A stretch of DNA of 64,000 nucleotides from Phoronis australis (Eukaryota > Animalia > Phoronida): the NCBI GenBank assembly GCA_002633005.1, contig NMRA01000060.1, forward strand, positions 728,851-792,850, written 5' to 3'. The stretch's first letter is position 1; the number at the start of each line of letters is the position of its first letter. Of this stretch, positions 24,600-36,876 are shown piece after piece. Both the position numbers and the translations under genes were made by a program. The notes under the pieces are model-generated. The model saw only the letters and a list, made by a program, of their open reading frames with translations, was not told the DNA's origin and searched no databases.

Positions 24600-26262
24600 G
24601 TCTTGCGGCTAGAAAAATCTTGCCAAAATCAAGTGTTCTCATGGAAATACACGGCAATGTCTCGCGTTATCTCTCGAAATCTTGCTTTTCTAGCGATAGC
24701 AAGGTACTAGCGGTATTGAACTCTACCTTGTTCACCTGAGTATTCCTAATGTCACTACATCAAGTGACCCAGTTTCGGTGAATGGACATTAGACGACATT
24801 TGAAGGCACATTCCTTCTCATTCACAGCCTACGAATAATGACTCGGACTATTCTACCGTGATAAAACATGATGTGTGTCAAAACGCTCAACGGGGAAAAA
24901 TATTTCTATCTCCGAATTGGCAAGTGAAAATAGTAAAAAAGACAAACTTGTTAGAAATGTTTCCAAAATCGAGCCACTTCTGAAAAAGCAAATGAGTTTT
25001 CAGTTCTTTTGACGGTAGTCACTATTACTATTACGGTACGGAACGTAACAAGCTTGTTAATAGGCTTTTACGCGGTTTTCCTGATTAGACCGTAAGCAGT
25101 CGGGACATTTCCATTTAACGTAAAGTTGTCAGAATAAACAATGGCATCTCATTGTTACCTGACCAACTTGACATGAAGTAAAATTTAAACCTATGAGTTT
25201 TAATCAGTAAGAGTCAGCGTCACAATTTAAATTTGTCACACTAAACTGGCTGTTACCGCAATAAACATAAAGCTACGTACAGGTCTATCGGTAAACTGCA
25301 GCTGGCTACATAAATCGTGCTGAACATTGTCCCAAACTCGTGGCATGTCATTTTTTTCAATTGCGCATCATTTTTCTTTTGTATGTTACACGGAAAATGA
25401 AAATTGCTGTTGCGTGTCTACATAAACAGCAGAAACATTAATAAAGACAAACGGCTGGCACGCTTGGATGTTTGGCTTGTTAAAAGGGCATTGGGCACGC
25501 TTTTGACATGAACACGTACATAAGACACTCAGGTGTACATGTATGTGGGCTTATTAAGTTAACTGTTTGGGGGCATATGGTATAGATTAACTCGAATTTC
25601 ACCACCCTTCGTCAAAATGCAGTGAAACACCAGCTTCTTGGAGTTAATTCAAATTGGCAAAAAATTCACGTCTGGAATCATGGTTCTCTGTTAACGGGAT
25701 CGCTTGATATACAGATTTTTTCCGAGTTCAGTACAACTGCATCGAAATTCAATGAAATGTCAAATTACTGCAAGAATTAGTTTGTAAGTGGCAAACATCG
25801 TTGATCAAGCATAAAGACGTGAACCCGTAAATAACGAGATGAGTCACCTCATTGACAGCAACACGGCGCCTTTCGAATGTGTCCTGGATGATGTTGATTT
25901 CCAACGTCCACACTACGAGTTACCCTGGATTAAGTTATTCTTAGAACGAGTTGTCTCTAGGTTTAGTAGTAGTTTGGACACTATTTGCGCTGGGGCAACT
26001 TGACACACGTGTAACAACTATCCTACATTATCAAGTTAGGGTTACGTACTCTTGGGTACTTGCCCCGTGCAAGCTGTAGTGTGGACGCAAACTTGCAAAC
26101 AAGGCGGAAGTAATTACTAGGGTCGCCGGAGTTCAATAACTCTGGCGGCGAGAAAAATCTAGCCAAAATCATGTGCTCTCATTGAAACACGCGGCGATAT
26201 CTCGCGGAATCTCCCGAGATCTAGCTGTTCTATCGAGGCTCAAACGTTTTTCGAACTCTACC
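24600..26262 (+). repeat. Two diverged direct copies of a ~130-150-bp MITE-like repeat (~24600-24728 and ~26120-26262) in the GPCR intron
   Basis: Shared agaaaaatct.gccaaaatca.gtg.tctcat.gaaa...tctcgcg..atctc.cga.atct...gaactctacc. Confidence 0.7.
25905..26087. mobile_element. PIF/Harbinger-like MITE
   Basis: Perfect 12-bp inverted termini CGTCCACACTAC / GTAGTGTGGACG. Confidence 0.55.
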
Positions 26263-27539
26263 CAGTTGAGCGCTTACCTTTTACATGTATTTACATACGG
26301 ATGTCTTATTCTGTTTAGGCCATATTTGTGGCAAGCTGTAGGGTGTTTAGTGTGGACGATCGGCTGAAGTTGCTTTAGGACAAATTGTTTTAGGATAGTA
26401 GAGTGGGCACGACTTTAGGAATATTTCGAAAACTCTTGAAGGCATGCGCTCAAATGTTGTCTGGTGATGAACATTCGGGAAATAGAAGAGAGGAGCTGGG
26501 ATTTCCCACGGGTTGTTTGAAGACCCTCTCCAAAGAATGTGGGTAACGTTAGGCCTGTCAGGCGTACGTTAGTATTACGTGTGTTTCTTCTTACGCGGAC
26601 GCCAAAATATGTGCGCGACTCAATACATTTTATTTGCAAATCTCATAAAAGAATTCTTGCTGTCAAACTATGGGGTGCCATTCAGTAAAGTAACTGAAAT
26701 TCTTGATACTTATGGATAGTGCAGTACTTAGTTACCAAGTGAAAATATCCGGCTATTCAGCATTTGTTGTTTTTTTTCATTACAATTTCTGTTGTTTGAG
26801 ATTAGTTTTGTATTTGGACAAATGACTCGTTATTTACTAAATAGCTCGGTATCCATAAATAGCTCACGATCTGATAAGTTGTCAACTGCATTTAACTGAC
26901 GAATGTATGATATTTAGCTCAGTAAATGGAAAGTCAAGTAGTAAAAACAAGTTGCAGTGTCCTGTTGCATAAACGTTATACTATGGATAGCAACCATGAC
27001 GTCCACGCGTCGCGTTCCCATCGTTGAACAATACTTTTGACGTCATACAACAATAATATTTATCCAATTTTATGCAACCCAGCCCTGGGGTCTGCTTCAA
27101 GAAAGTGGCCCATGACTTAAGTAGGAAATGGTCTTACGTTCCACCAAATTATCTCTGAAAAATAAATAAGCATCATTGGATCAAAATGTGCAAACCCTCT
27201 TAAAATATACACATAACTTCTGCATGTAGATACTGGGAAATTGAATACGTCATTTTTAGACTGTGATGCCCTCATAATTACTGACCAAATTATTTATTCA
27301 ACATTATGACCAAATTTCTGTCTTAGTCTGAAGTCACTTATCATACACCTGTTGAGAGAGGGGGGTATTTTTTTTCGGAAGAAACTGTCTACCGAACCAC
27401 TGAAAACGACGGCTTTTGTTTGGCCGTTTCCGTAGGGGGCACACCACCTGCGCCCCCCCCCCCCCAATCTGTCCCTGAATTATTGAATTATGCACACATG
27501 CCAATATATTCTGAAATGTTAGAGACAACGAAAATGCGT

Positions 27540-28960
27540 CTCAGCTCAGCAAATTCAACTATTATGACATTGACTGACACTGAAAATTTGAAAAAAAATT
27601 TTAATGACTAAAAATGAACTCAAATTACTGCGTGTCAATATTCAGTCGCTCAACGCAAAATTTGATGTTTTTGGAGTCATTCTTAGTGATCTTCAAACAA
27701 TGAATTATCTTTTTCGATGTCGTCTGCGTACAGGAATCATGGTTGTCAATAATTCCTTACTGTTTATCTACAAATCTATGACATAAACTTTAAAGGTTAC
27801 TGACTAGATTGTGGTGCACGTGATGGGCTACTTACATATATCAGAACAGGTTGCCTGTTTATAAAAAACAGTTCATACAATTTTAAAGGTATGAATGTTT
27901 AATACAACAAACATACAGGTAATACAATCATTAACAAGACCCCGCAACTTTAAGACAGACACATGCAATTATGTTTAGAGTTTACGGATGTCATTATTAA
28001 ATCGAGCAAAGATAGCAAAGAACTTTCTGTTGCCCGCTATCTCAACATTTATCTATTAAATATAATTACAAGTACTAATTTCAAGATTTCTTTGACATGA
28101 CTTCTAGCCTTCACCTTCAATTAAATAATGGTACTTGTCTTATGCACACATCTTCGTCTACAAAACCAGCAAACGACGAAACTAAAATCAATAATAAGCT
28201 ATCAGACATATTCACACGGTTATCAATCAACAAATTGTAGTGAAATGTCACCAAAACTAAATGCATGGTGTTCCACTTCCCTCGCATAATTTAACTCAAG
28301 AATAAATAGATAAGCTTACTCTATACAGTCAAACCTTACTTTGTTAAAACATTAAGGTTTGGGAATAGCGGTTGACGACACTTTGTCCTGGTCTGAACAA
28401 ATTCTAGTGGGAACAAAAATTGCACACACCTGTGGTGTATTCAATAAACTCAAGACATGTTTACCTTTATTCGCACTGACAACGGTTTACTACCCCTTTA
28501 TCCATATTTACTGTACTTAATTTTTGGAATCATAACATGAGGATTTGTAGATTACAATTCCCTCCGAAACGAGCTTTTACAACAATCACCAACTCAGACT
28601 ACTTTGCCGATACAAATCCAATGTGAAAAATAAAGGTACACTCTTTATATTTCCTGCCAACTTCCACAATAGTTTCTAAACAATTCTATTTGTTATCACA
28701 ACCGAGACAACTGGCCAATTGGAAATTTTCGTTCGCCAGATCTCTTCGAAAACTTTATTGCGTATCACAGCTACAATGCTATACTCAAGACTCCACTTTA
28801 CAAATCAATCACGGCAACTCGCCGTTTACGTTTTCACAGTCCTAGATTCATCAATGAAAATAAGAAAATATCCTCTTCAGTTCTAGATAAGATAAACACC
28901 CACTCACTTGCTAAACTTTCAAGGTATCACAGGACCTAATTTTAGATGCTTACGAGTTAT
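27540..28960 (+). mobile_element. Decayed, internally deleted CR1/L2-group LINE
   Basis: APE endonuclease start LRVNIQSLNAKFD and DVVCVQESWL (27620-27746); RT thumb remnants GIAVDDTLSWSEQI and CGVFNKLKTCLP (~28360-28470); many stops and frameshifts. Confidence 0.8.
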
Positions 28961-29315
28961 GCAATGAATCAAGCTGCTTCTCCTTAACTATGCGCACCGT
29001 GAAAAAACTACACTATTACATAGAAACACTGCGCATTTTTGCGCACATACGCACGCACATGACGAGGATATATATCCAACTGTGTTTTTATAGTTCACTA
29101 ATTGTTATATAAGTTAATAAATAACATGCACATTTTCGTGAAATAACCGCCTGCGCCTGAGAGCGAATCTTTGGCCAACACGTCATTTGGGAAACACTTG
29201 AGCAAATATGTTTTTTGAAAAGACTATTTCCGGCCTTAAAACGCACAAATAAAGTAAATTAAAACACTCGCCACAAAATTGAATTTTTTTCAGATGTTTC
29301 ACAAAATAGACGTAC

Positions 29316-29406
29316 CTTCGGTTGACGCTGTCATAACTGCGTTTGTCACTAAACAACCAGCAATGCAGAGTACCAGTAACCCACTGTCGGTCAAGTTATT
29401 CAGCAT
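29316..29406 (-). CDS. GPCR upstream coding exon encoding a signal-peptide-like N-terminus
   Basis: Exon 29419-29316 bounded by atttcag| and G|GTACGT. ATG at 29406 gives MLNNLTDSGLLVLCIAGCLVTNAVMTASTE+G. Phase 1 joins in frame (G|AC = Asp) to LNNTTAK of the main exon, giving 442 aa. Confidence 0.75.
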
Positions 29407-30092
29407 ATCTGTATGTGGCCTGAAATAAATGACACCAAACGTAGGTTGGTGGAAATTTATAGATCACCTCCTGCCAACATTAAATGTTTGACAAACCACC
29501 ACAATACATCGTTAACAGTGGCGATAAGGTCATTGACTCAAATCGTCTTGTTGTGGGTGCACTTCACCATGATTGTGCCATGGACATAGAATTTCAAAAG
29601 CTTGTAAACAATAAGCGAAATGACTGGAGTTCAAGATCAAGTTTTTGGAATCATGTTACTTCGTTCGATATACTTATTATAGTTATGATATCTGTACGTG
29701 TACATGTAGCCTAAGTTCGCGTTGCCGACGCGATATCCTGTTTTCTTATTTTTCTAAACTTCAGGTGACTTCATAAATAAGAAGAACATTAACAGCATAC
29801 TTTGCATACATTAACGTAACAAATGAAAAGGAAATGCCAAGAAAGTAATTTTTAAGGTATTCTAATTAGACAAAATGATTTTTAAGTTTTGTCACGGACG
29901 CAACAATGCCAAAATGTCAAGTCTGTGACGCACTTGTACATGTAATTAATGCTTTCAATTAATATGAGTGAATTGCCCTTAGTTTTCTCGTCTGTGAAAT
30001 CACTTTATGACCTACTAAACATACACCTTTCTCCAGTACTAGACTCTATGCCTGAATTTTACAGAACTTCAAAAAGTCAAAATGTATCGTCA

Positions 30093-31216
30093 CAAAGGCG
30101 GATTTAGGGGGAGGGGCCAGGGCCCCCCTTGGCTGCCGCAAAAAGAATAAAACAGCAAGAGCGCAGGGAAATGTTGAGTTTATTAATTAACCCCGGTAAT
30201 TAAAATTATACGGCTGAACCAAGATTTAAATGTGTGCAGTTTTAGTNNNNNNNNNNNNNNNNNNNNNNNNNNNNNNNNNNNNNNNNNNNNNNNNNNNNNN
30301 NNNNNNNNNNNNNNNNNNNNNNNNNNNNNNNNNNNNNNNNNNNNNNNNNNNNNNNNNNNNNNNNNNNNNNNNNNNNNNNNNNNNNNNNNNNNNNNNGGGG
30401 GCTCAGATCCAATTTCAAGTGTCAAATTCGGAACACGGCGCAATCGTAACGGAACTACGGTTAAGTATACATGTAGGCTCTCCCGCGATATCTCAGGCGA
30501 CCGGCAGTGGCGCTGGGCACTACGACTCCGTTTCCTTCGTCTGCTCCACTGTGCAATGAAGAAAATTACTTCATTTTTTAAAGAAAATGGAATCTTTGTG
30601 ATGATGGAAAAACAGAAGCTGCTGGTAAAATGTCAATTTTAATCGAAGCCTTAGTGAATCACTCAGAAACTCATAATTCTCTTCCTGTTAAACCTTAACT
30701 TAAGACGATTTCCAAAGCAATGGCGTCATTATTGCCAACACAATAAACGGATTTGGTCTGTTGGGCAATTGAAGACTATTTTAAATACAACAAATTTATT
30801 ACCAACTGATTACGCAAAATGTAAAACATGTAATAAGCATTACAAAAAGAAGGTTTCGCGCGCAAACGCTGTGGACCATAAACAAGTAGGTCTCTAAGTA
30901 TCAAATTAGGAGTTAAATCGTGGTCGTGCAGTAGTAAATCACGCGCTCGCTATTCGCCATGTCGTGAGTGCGAGTCTGTGGCACTTGCAGTTTTTCCTGT
31001 TTGACACTTTCTCCGTTTTTTTTTGCCTTTTTTGCATAATGTTTCAGGAATCAAGGAAAATGCTTGATTTTTAGAGGAAAAAACAGAAAAATTTCCTGGG
31101 CAAATCCCCCTCCCGACCTCCCCCCCATTGGGTGTTATGCGCATCTACAATCGTGCTTTGAGCAAATGTTTATAGACAAAATGTTTCCCCCCTGTGATAT
31201 CCTAGATCCGCCACTG
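30093..31216 (+). mobile_element. Non-autonomous TIR element with exact 5-bp TSD (hAT5-like); contains gap 30247-30396
   Basis: CAAAGGCGGATTTAG ... CTAGATCCGCCACTG; CGTCA at 30088-30092 and 31217-31221; homologous to the inverted copy at 54426-55268. Confidence 0.85.
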
Positions 31217-34200
31217 CGTCAATAGCATAATGAATACCGTGAAATGCACATATGGCTAACCTACATGTATAAAGGGAAACAATTAGTTGGTTTTAGGGCC
31301 CAACAAAGTATTCTTACGATTATTGTTGGGTACGATAGAGTTCGTGAAATTATTAACTTTGATCAGAGCCATAAAACAACGAAATCCGTTATGTTACGGT
31401 GAGTCGAACGTTCCCGACGGTGGCTTCAACTTAGAATGCTTGTACCCACGGTAGAATTAATAGAAATGGATGCGTTCATCTTATCGGGTGTTGCAATGAG
31501 TAAAAAGGAGGAGGACTGCCGGCTGAATTGCAAATCAAAGTCGGAGTAGTACGTCAAGAGAGTTACTCTCGTGTGTGTGAGAAAAAAACGACCAACTGAA
31601 GCCCATCCCAACCTCCCAAGAACGACTATTTGGGACCGAAATCTAGCGCTGTGATGGCGGCAGGGATGTCGAGCTTGTGCGGCATCGACCGATTAGCCCC
31701 CCCCCCTCCCCTCCNGTTTTTGAAACGGCGCAAAGGCACGTATGCAAGGGTAGCCGAGGTTTGAAACGCCATGATTTGGCAAGCTATGATTCAAAAGTAA
31801 ACCCCACATAATTATTGTTCGCCAGGTGGATTTTATTTTTTGAAAAGGTAAGCAACCAAAAAATACTGCATCACCGACCACTCGTATTTCAAGAAACAAA
31901 CACACACCAGAACCAAACACGTTTTGTTCTAATCTGACAGCTGTAACTTCTAGTGTTTGCAGTTTGAGGGGTAATTATTTCCAGAATATTACGTTTTTGG
32001 ATTGAATGTTTGAACTCTAATATATCACAAATTTGTGCTCGACAAATTAAGTCAGTAAGGATGTACCTGACGGTCACGTGGATCAGCAAGGTTGGCGACA
32101 TTTACTAAAGCTACGCCAGCCAAGAGTGGCGTGTATTATGATCTTAATCATATCGTGCGCAAAAGCTTGCGCAAAAAGTCCCACAGTTTGTTCTCAGCTT
32201 GGTAGCGGAGCCGGAACTGATCGAGATAACAGCTCACAATATTAAAGGGACATCCAGGGCGAGAAACGTAATCGCACAGAAATTATTGAAGTAAACAAAA
32301 TCAAGGAAGCCCGATCCCGTGGCTAAGCCCAAACAAGTACATTGCATTCAAGGCGTGTCTAAGTGGTGGCGATGCGATCGATAAACTTCCGACCAAGCAT
32401 GCGCATTGATGCCCACACACGGAATTCTGTGTGTCGTTCATAAGCACTCTCCTGCTGAGCCACATCCCACGTGTGCGGTTTAGCAATGTAGGGGGCCTTG
32501 ATTTCGGCGAATGTCTGACAGACAGTGGCGATAATTGGCAAATTGACAAAAACACAAGGGATTCATTAGTTTTATATACCTATGGTTAAAGGTAATAAGA
32601 AGTCTATCCCATTCAACAATAATCCTTAGATTGCCTTTTTCGCGTGCAAACAATGCCCCTTTAAAACTAAAGCCCACCGAATTAAGCGCTGTAAAATATT
32701 TCACGGTTAGTACTTGAACTAGATCTTCAGCCTCTATCACTTCTAAGCTTCAATAACCTTGCCGCAACGTAATTAATTGACCGTATTGGTATGATTCACT
32801 TGGCGTGATGGCATACCGTCAACAAATTTATTTCAATTACAAAAAGTTGTTCTTGTCATCAATTGATTGATGTCTGAATATGTAGGCCTCATTAGTTACC
32901 ATAAATATGCTCATAAGCTGATGTCAATTAGGATTCATCGAGGTCCCGCAAATTCAACCTGACGTACCTTCACTCGAACCAATCATTCTGCCTGTTAGTA
33001 CTTTTCATATTTTCAGTCAAAAATTCATGTCCTGTCTTATTCAGATGTTCAAAAACTGCCGATTGTCAACCACCAGTGTTATGTTTTCGGTGTTGGGACA
33101 CCTGTTTGTGAAGGGACTGTTCATGCAGTCTCAGGAATACACGTTTCTGAGGCAATTTGGATTTCTGTTAAAAATCTCTTCTTGAGCCAACCAGTAAGAG
33201 CTAGATTTCGGGCATATCCAAATCCTGGCAGACAGCATTGCGATTACTTACCAACAGTGATCGCGCCATTGCAGGACACACAGAAAAGGCGGGAAGACCC
33301 TAGACCGCCATTCCGTCATACTTCGTAAAAAGGATGTTGCGTTCTTCGCAACGTAAAGAGGCCACCTCCAAATGTCAATTTACACACGTGCTAATATACA
33401 CCCGTTCATACAACGTTGTATGTAAAAACTCAAGATTTCATCCGCTAAAAGCGATGAGTTAGAAGATTACGAAAAAAAACATGTACGTGAAAAAGCAAAA
33501 TGATAAAAATTAAGCTCTTTTCGTAAAGTTTCAAATTAAATATTTTTTGCCGAACGCGAGCGTTACTTCGTAAAAGTGAATTGATTGAAGTCACTGGACC
33601 CGAGTTTGGTGAATAAGGCAGCTAAAATTGAAATTGGGCAGAGTTTTTGTATGTTGTACATTGAAACCAATTATAAGTTTCGACCCGGGTTCATTAAAAA
33701 TCCCCCCAAAACCACGTGTCTGCATTCTCTAACAATAATCGCGGATACAATTTTTTGTGGATCTTGATTAATTTTGTTTCGAGATGTTGTTAGAGACCAT
33801 AAAGATTAAGGATTTTTTTATCATAATTTGTTTCGGCTTTACTTGATTTAGTTTGAATTTTAGTCGTCCTGTTTGCCAAACCGATAAATTATAACGTAAG
33901 TGTTTCAAGTGGTCAACTTTTTTTCTCCGAATAGCCGACAAGGGTTGGCTAGGAACCATGACCTATCAAGAGGTTAGATAATCTACTGTATGCAACTTAG
34001 TGATATCAAGACCACATCTGTTCAATCCACAACCCTTAGCTCACCATGGCACCCTCTATCCGTAGAATGGCTGAGGACAAGAAATTTTCAAGAATATGGG
34101 AGATCTTCTTGTGAGTTGCGAATGGTAAGTTTGGCCCGCATGAGGGTTTTTGTCTTTGGACAAGATTCATGACAGATTACTGAACCACCGTGAACTGTGT

Positions 34201-34823
34201 GAAAGAGGCGTGCTTTATAGTTTTTGCCGACAAAATCTACTAATTCGTCAAAAATATTATATTATTTGCGATTTCGTGCGTGATTTGTATATGTACTTGT
34301 ACTAACGGAACGTCTCTTTATCCCAATAAATGGAAATCATAATGGATGCCCTGGTGACGTTACAGCAAGTATCGTTCATACCTTCACAACTGGTCATTCA
34401 CTTGTTTACAATTTAGTACTTGTCAACAGAAATCAAATATTCTGACTGCTTATTTTTAGTTACTACATTTCAACAAAAAAGTAGGTCACATAAACTACAT
34501 TTCCGACATAAATTTGCTTGATTAATGGGTTGAACTGTACAAGTTGGCAGTAATTCAAGCATTGTGGTTTGATATTGAAGTCTTTCCTTACAAATAACGC
34601 CGATTTGGTCCCTGAAGAATGCGCGTTAGTGCACTGGAGTGCTTTGGTTATGACATTATGTTTTACCCCTACAAAAGACACCACTTCCCCGGCATTTCTC
34701 GTAACATCAGCTTCTTTTGTCTACCGCTAGATGGCATGAGGCCTAATGTGTGTATTCTTTTTCTGTTGTGTGATTCAAGTGTACGGACGCCCAATAGTGC
34801 CATTTTGAAGTGAAGAAATTATT

Positions 34824-34948
34824 TTATTATCTGGCGGCCGCCACTTAATTGAACGACTTCCGTAATGCGGCTTCCGTACAAAAGCAACACTACTTAGAGT
34901 TAAACGGCGGCCGCCAGTTTTAATTAAGTAACGGCCGCCAGATAATAA
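34824..34948. mobile_element. Small palindromic MITE-like element
   Basis: TTATTATCTGGCGGCCG ... CGGCCGCCAGATAATAA inverted ends, with an internal cggccgcca copy. Confidence 0.65.
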
Positions 34949-35552
34949 GGTCAACCAGCACTGCTTTGTCCTTATTTTCTTCAAAACCTCTCCAGATTTC
35001 GTCAGTCACTGAGACAGTGTTGGCCTAGATCTCGCTACTGGGGTGGTGTGCTCTCGGTTCTCTAGGTACGTAGGCATAGTTGGATGATGGCAATGGCGTT
35101 GAGCAACTATCCTCTGAGATTTAACCACTGACATTTTGTATGATGTTTATGCGATAGCCCTGAGAGAGCGGTGATCTTTAACATGTTAAAAGGGAACTGT
35201 ATTTTATTCTAAATAAATTTGAGATAGTTTTCTATAAGTTGGTGATTAATTCTACAAATAAACATCATCAAAAAGTAAACTTATACTCTCTTACGAAGTT
35301 CAAAAAATTACCCGCAGGAGCGCTGCTTCTCGTGACGTACGTATTTGGCGGGGCAAAGTCACTGTCCTGTGTTAACGTTCAGTCAAGTTGTGCTCTTCAT
35401 ATTGGCGGAAAAAGGAAATTCTAGAGTGAAATGTCGGGTCGCCAGGGATACTACTGAACGTGTTTGAGCCGAGGCAACATTAAGTGATACCCAGTCGTTG
35501 TCATCGTCAGACGAAAATTTGCCGGTGCAACCAGTACGTATCAACATTTTAA

Positions 35553-36876
35553 AGGCGAAAGCAACATTTTTCATATCAATTTTAGCAAAAATAAGGTTCG
35601 TTGATTATCCCAGACACATTTTTCACTTAATTACAGCTTTTCGTAATTTGATTAATTTATCGTCCTCTACTCCGGAAGTGACGTTTTGGGAGGCAAGAGT
35701 TTCGCGCCAATTTCTGTTCATTATAGTCTGACTGAGAGCTGTGGTGTCAGTCATTGTTCTACCTCGGTTGTGATAAGTTCAGTCGTCGTTTGCTTTTGTT
35801 TACAAGTCAGTCAACATGCCACGCTGTTGTTGCGTGCCGGGATGTACTCATTATCGTCTCACACGCGCTTTGGGTACCTTGCATCGCTTTCCGAAGGCTG
35901 GCACACTTCGCCGTACTTGGCTAGCTCGTTCAGGTAAAGAACGCAGCGCTACCCGTCCACGCAACGTACAAAGCAGTGGAGGGTTACCGAATGTATGGCA
36001 AGCATTTTCTGCCGTCATATTATGACAGATATGTATGCTGAATTGATGAAGGTCCCAGCGAAACAGCGCCTGAAGAAGGGTACCATACCGTTACTGTCGA
36101 TTCCCGGCAGTGCCCCGTCGCCAACCAAGAGAAGTGCGTTTTTGAAGCGAGAAGCCTTGCGAGCTGTGGCCACTATATACAGTGACTGGAGGCACTTCAT
36201 CTACTGTCACCCGTGCCTCCGAACGTACCCCATAGCGTGCAATTCCGGGAAGTAGCAGTGATTCACCCTGTGCTGTTGTCTCTAGCCCAGAGCCTGTAAG
36301 CAGCCCTGCAGCGATGTTGGGTAGTGGGAGTGAATACAGGCCCAGTGCGACACCCAATGAAAAGGACAGTTCGTCATCCAATCGGTGAGTCTAAGTTTGA
36401 TAAGTTTATTGCGGGCTTAATTGTACTGGAGCTATTTGGAAGGTGTTAGGTGTGTGGCGAGCGAGTCACACGGCGGGATGTAAGCAGTTTGGGTGCTCAG
36501 ATCACCCTTCATTGGGAGTGTGTCGCGGGACACTCGGGCAAGTGGGACCGTTCTTCCTCTGTACGTGAGACGATAATGAGTACACCCCAATACGCAACAA
36601 CAGCGTGGCATGTTGACTGACTCGTAAGCAAACACAAACGACGACCGAACTTATCACAACCGAGGAAGAACAATGACTGACTCGACTGCTCTCACAGTCA
36701 GACTACTTGAAATGAAATTGGCGCGAAATTCTTGCCTCCCAAAACGTCACTTCCGGAGTAGACGATGAGTAATTAATTGAATTACGAAAAGCAGTAAATA
36801 AGTGAAAAATATGTCTGGGATAATCAGCGAACCTTATTTTTGCTAAAACTGACATGAAAAAAGGGTGCCTTCGCCT
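35553..36876. mobile_element. Kolobok-type DNA transposon derivative with ~310-bp inverted arms
   Basis: TTAA at 35549-35552 and 36877-36880; AGGCGAA/TTCGCCT termini; arms 35553-35862 and 36565-36876; THAP coding remnant inside. Confidence 0.85.
35816..36384 (+). pseudogene. Frameshifted THAP zinc-finger exon of a transposon gene
   Basis: MPRCCCVPGC...LHRFP...RRTW, then YGKHF in a second frame and RLKKGTIP (AVPT-like) in a third; ends at a donor-like G|GTGAGT (36385). Confidence 0.8.

Noticed and set aside
30183-30642. ORFs spanning N runs (also 55012-55257)
   Set aside because: Artefacts of assembly gaps inside the TIR element copies.
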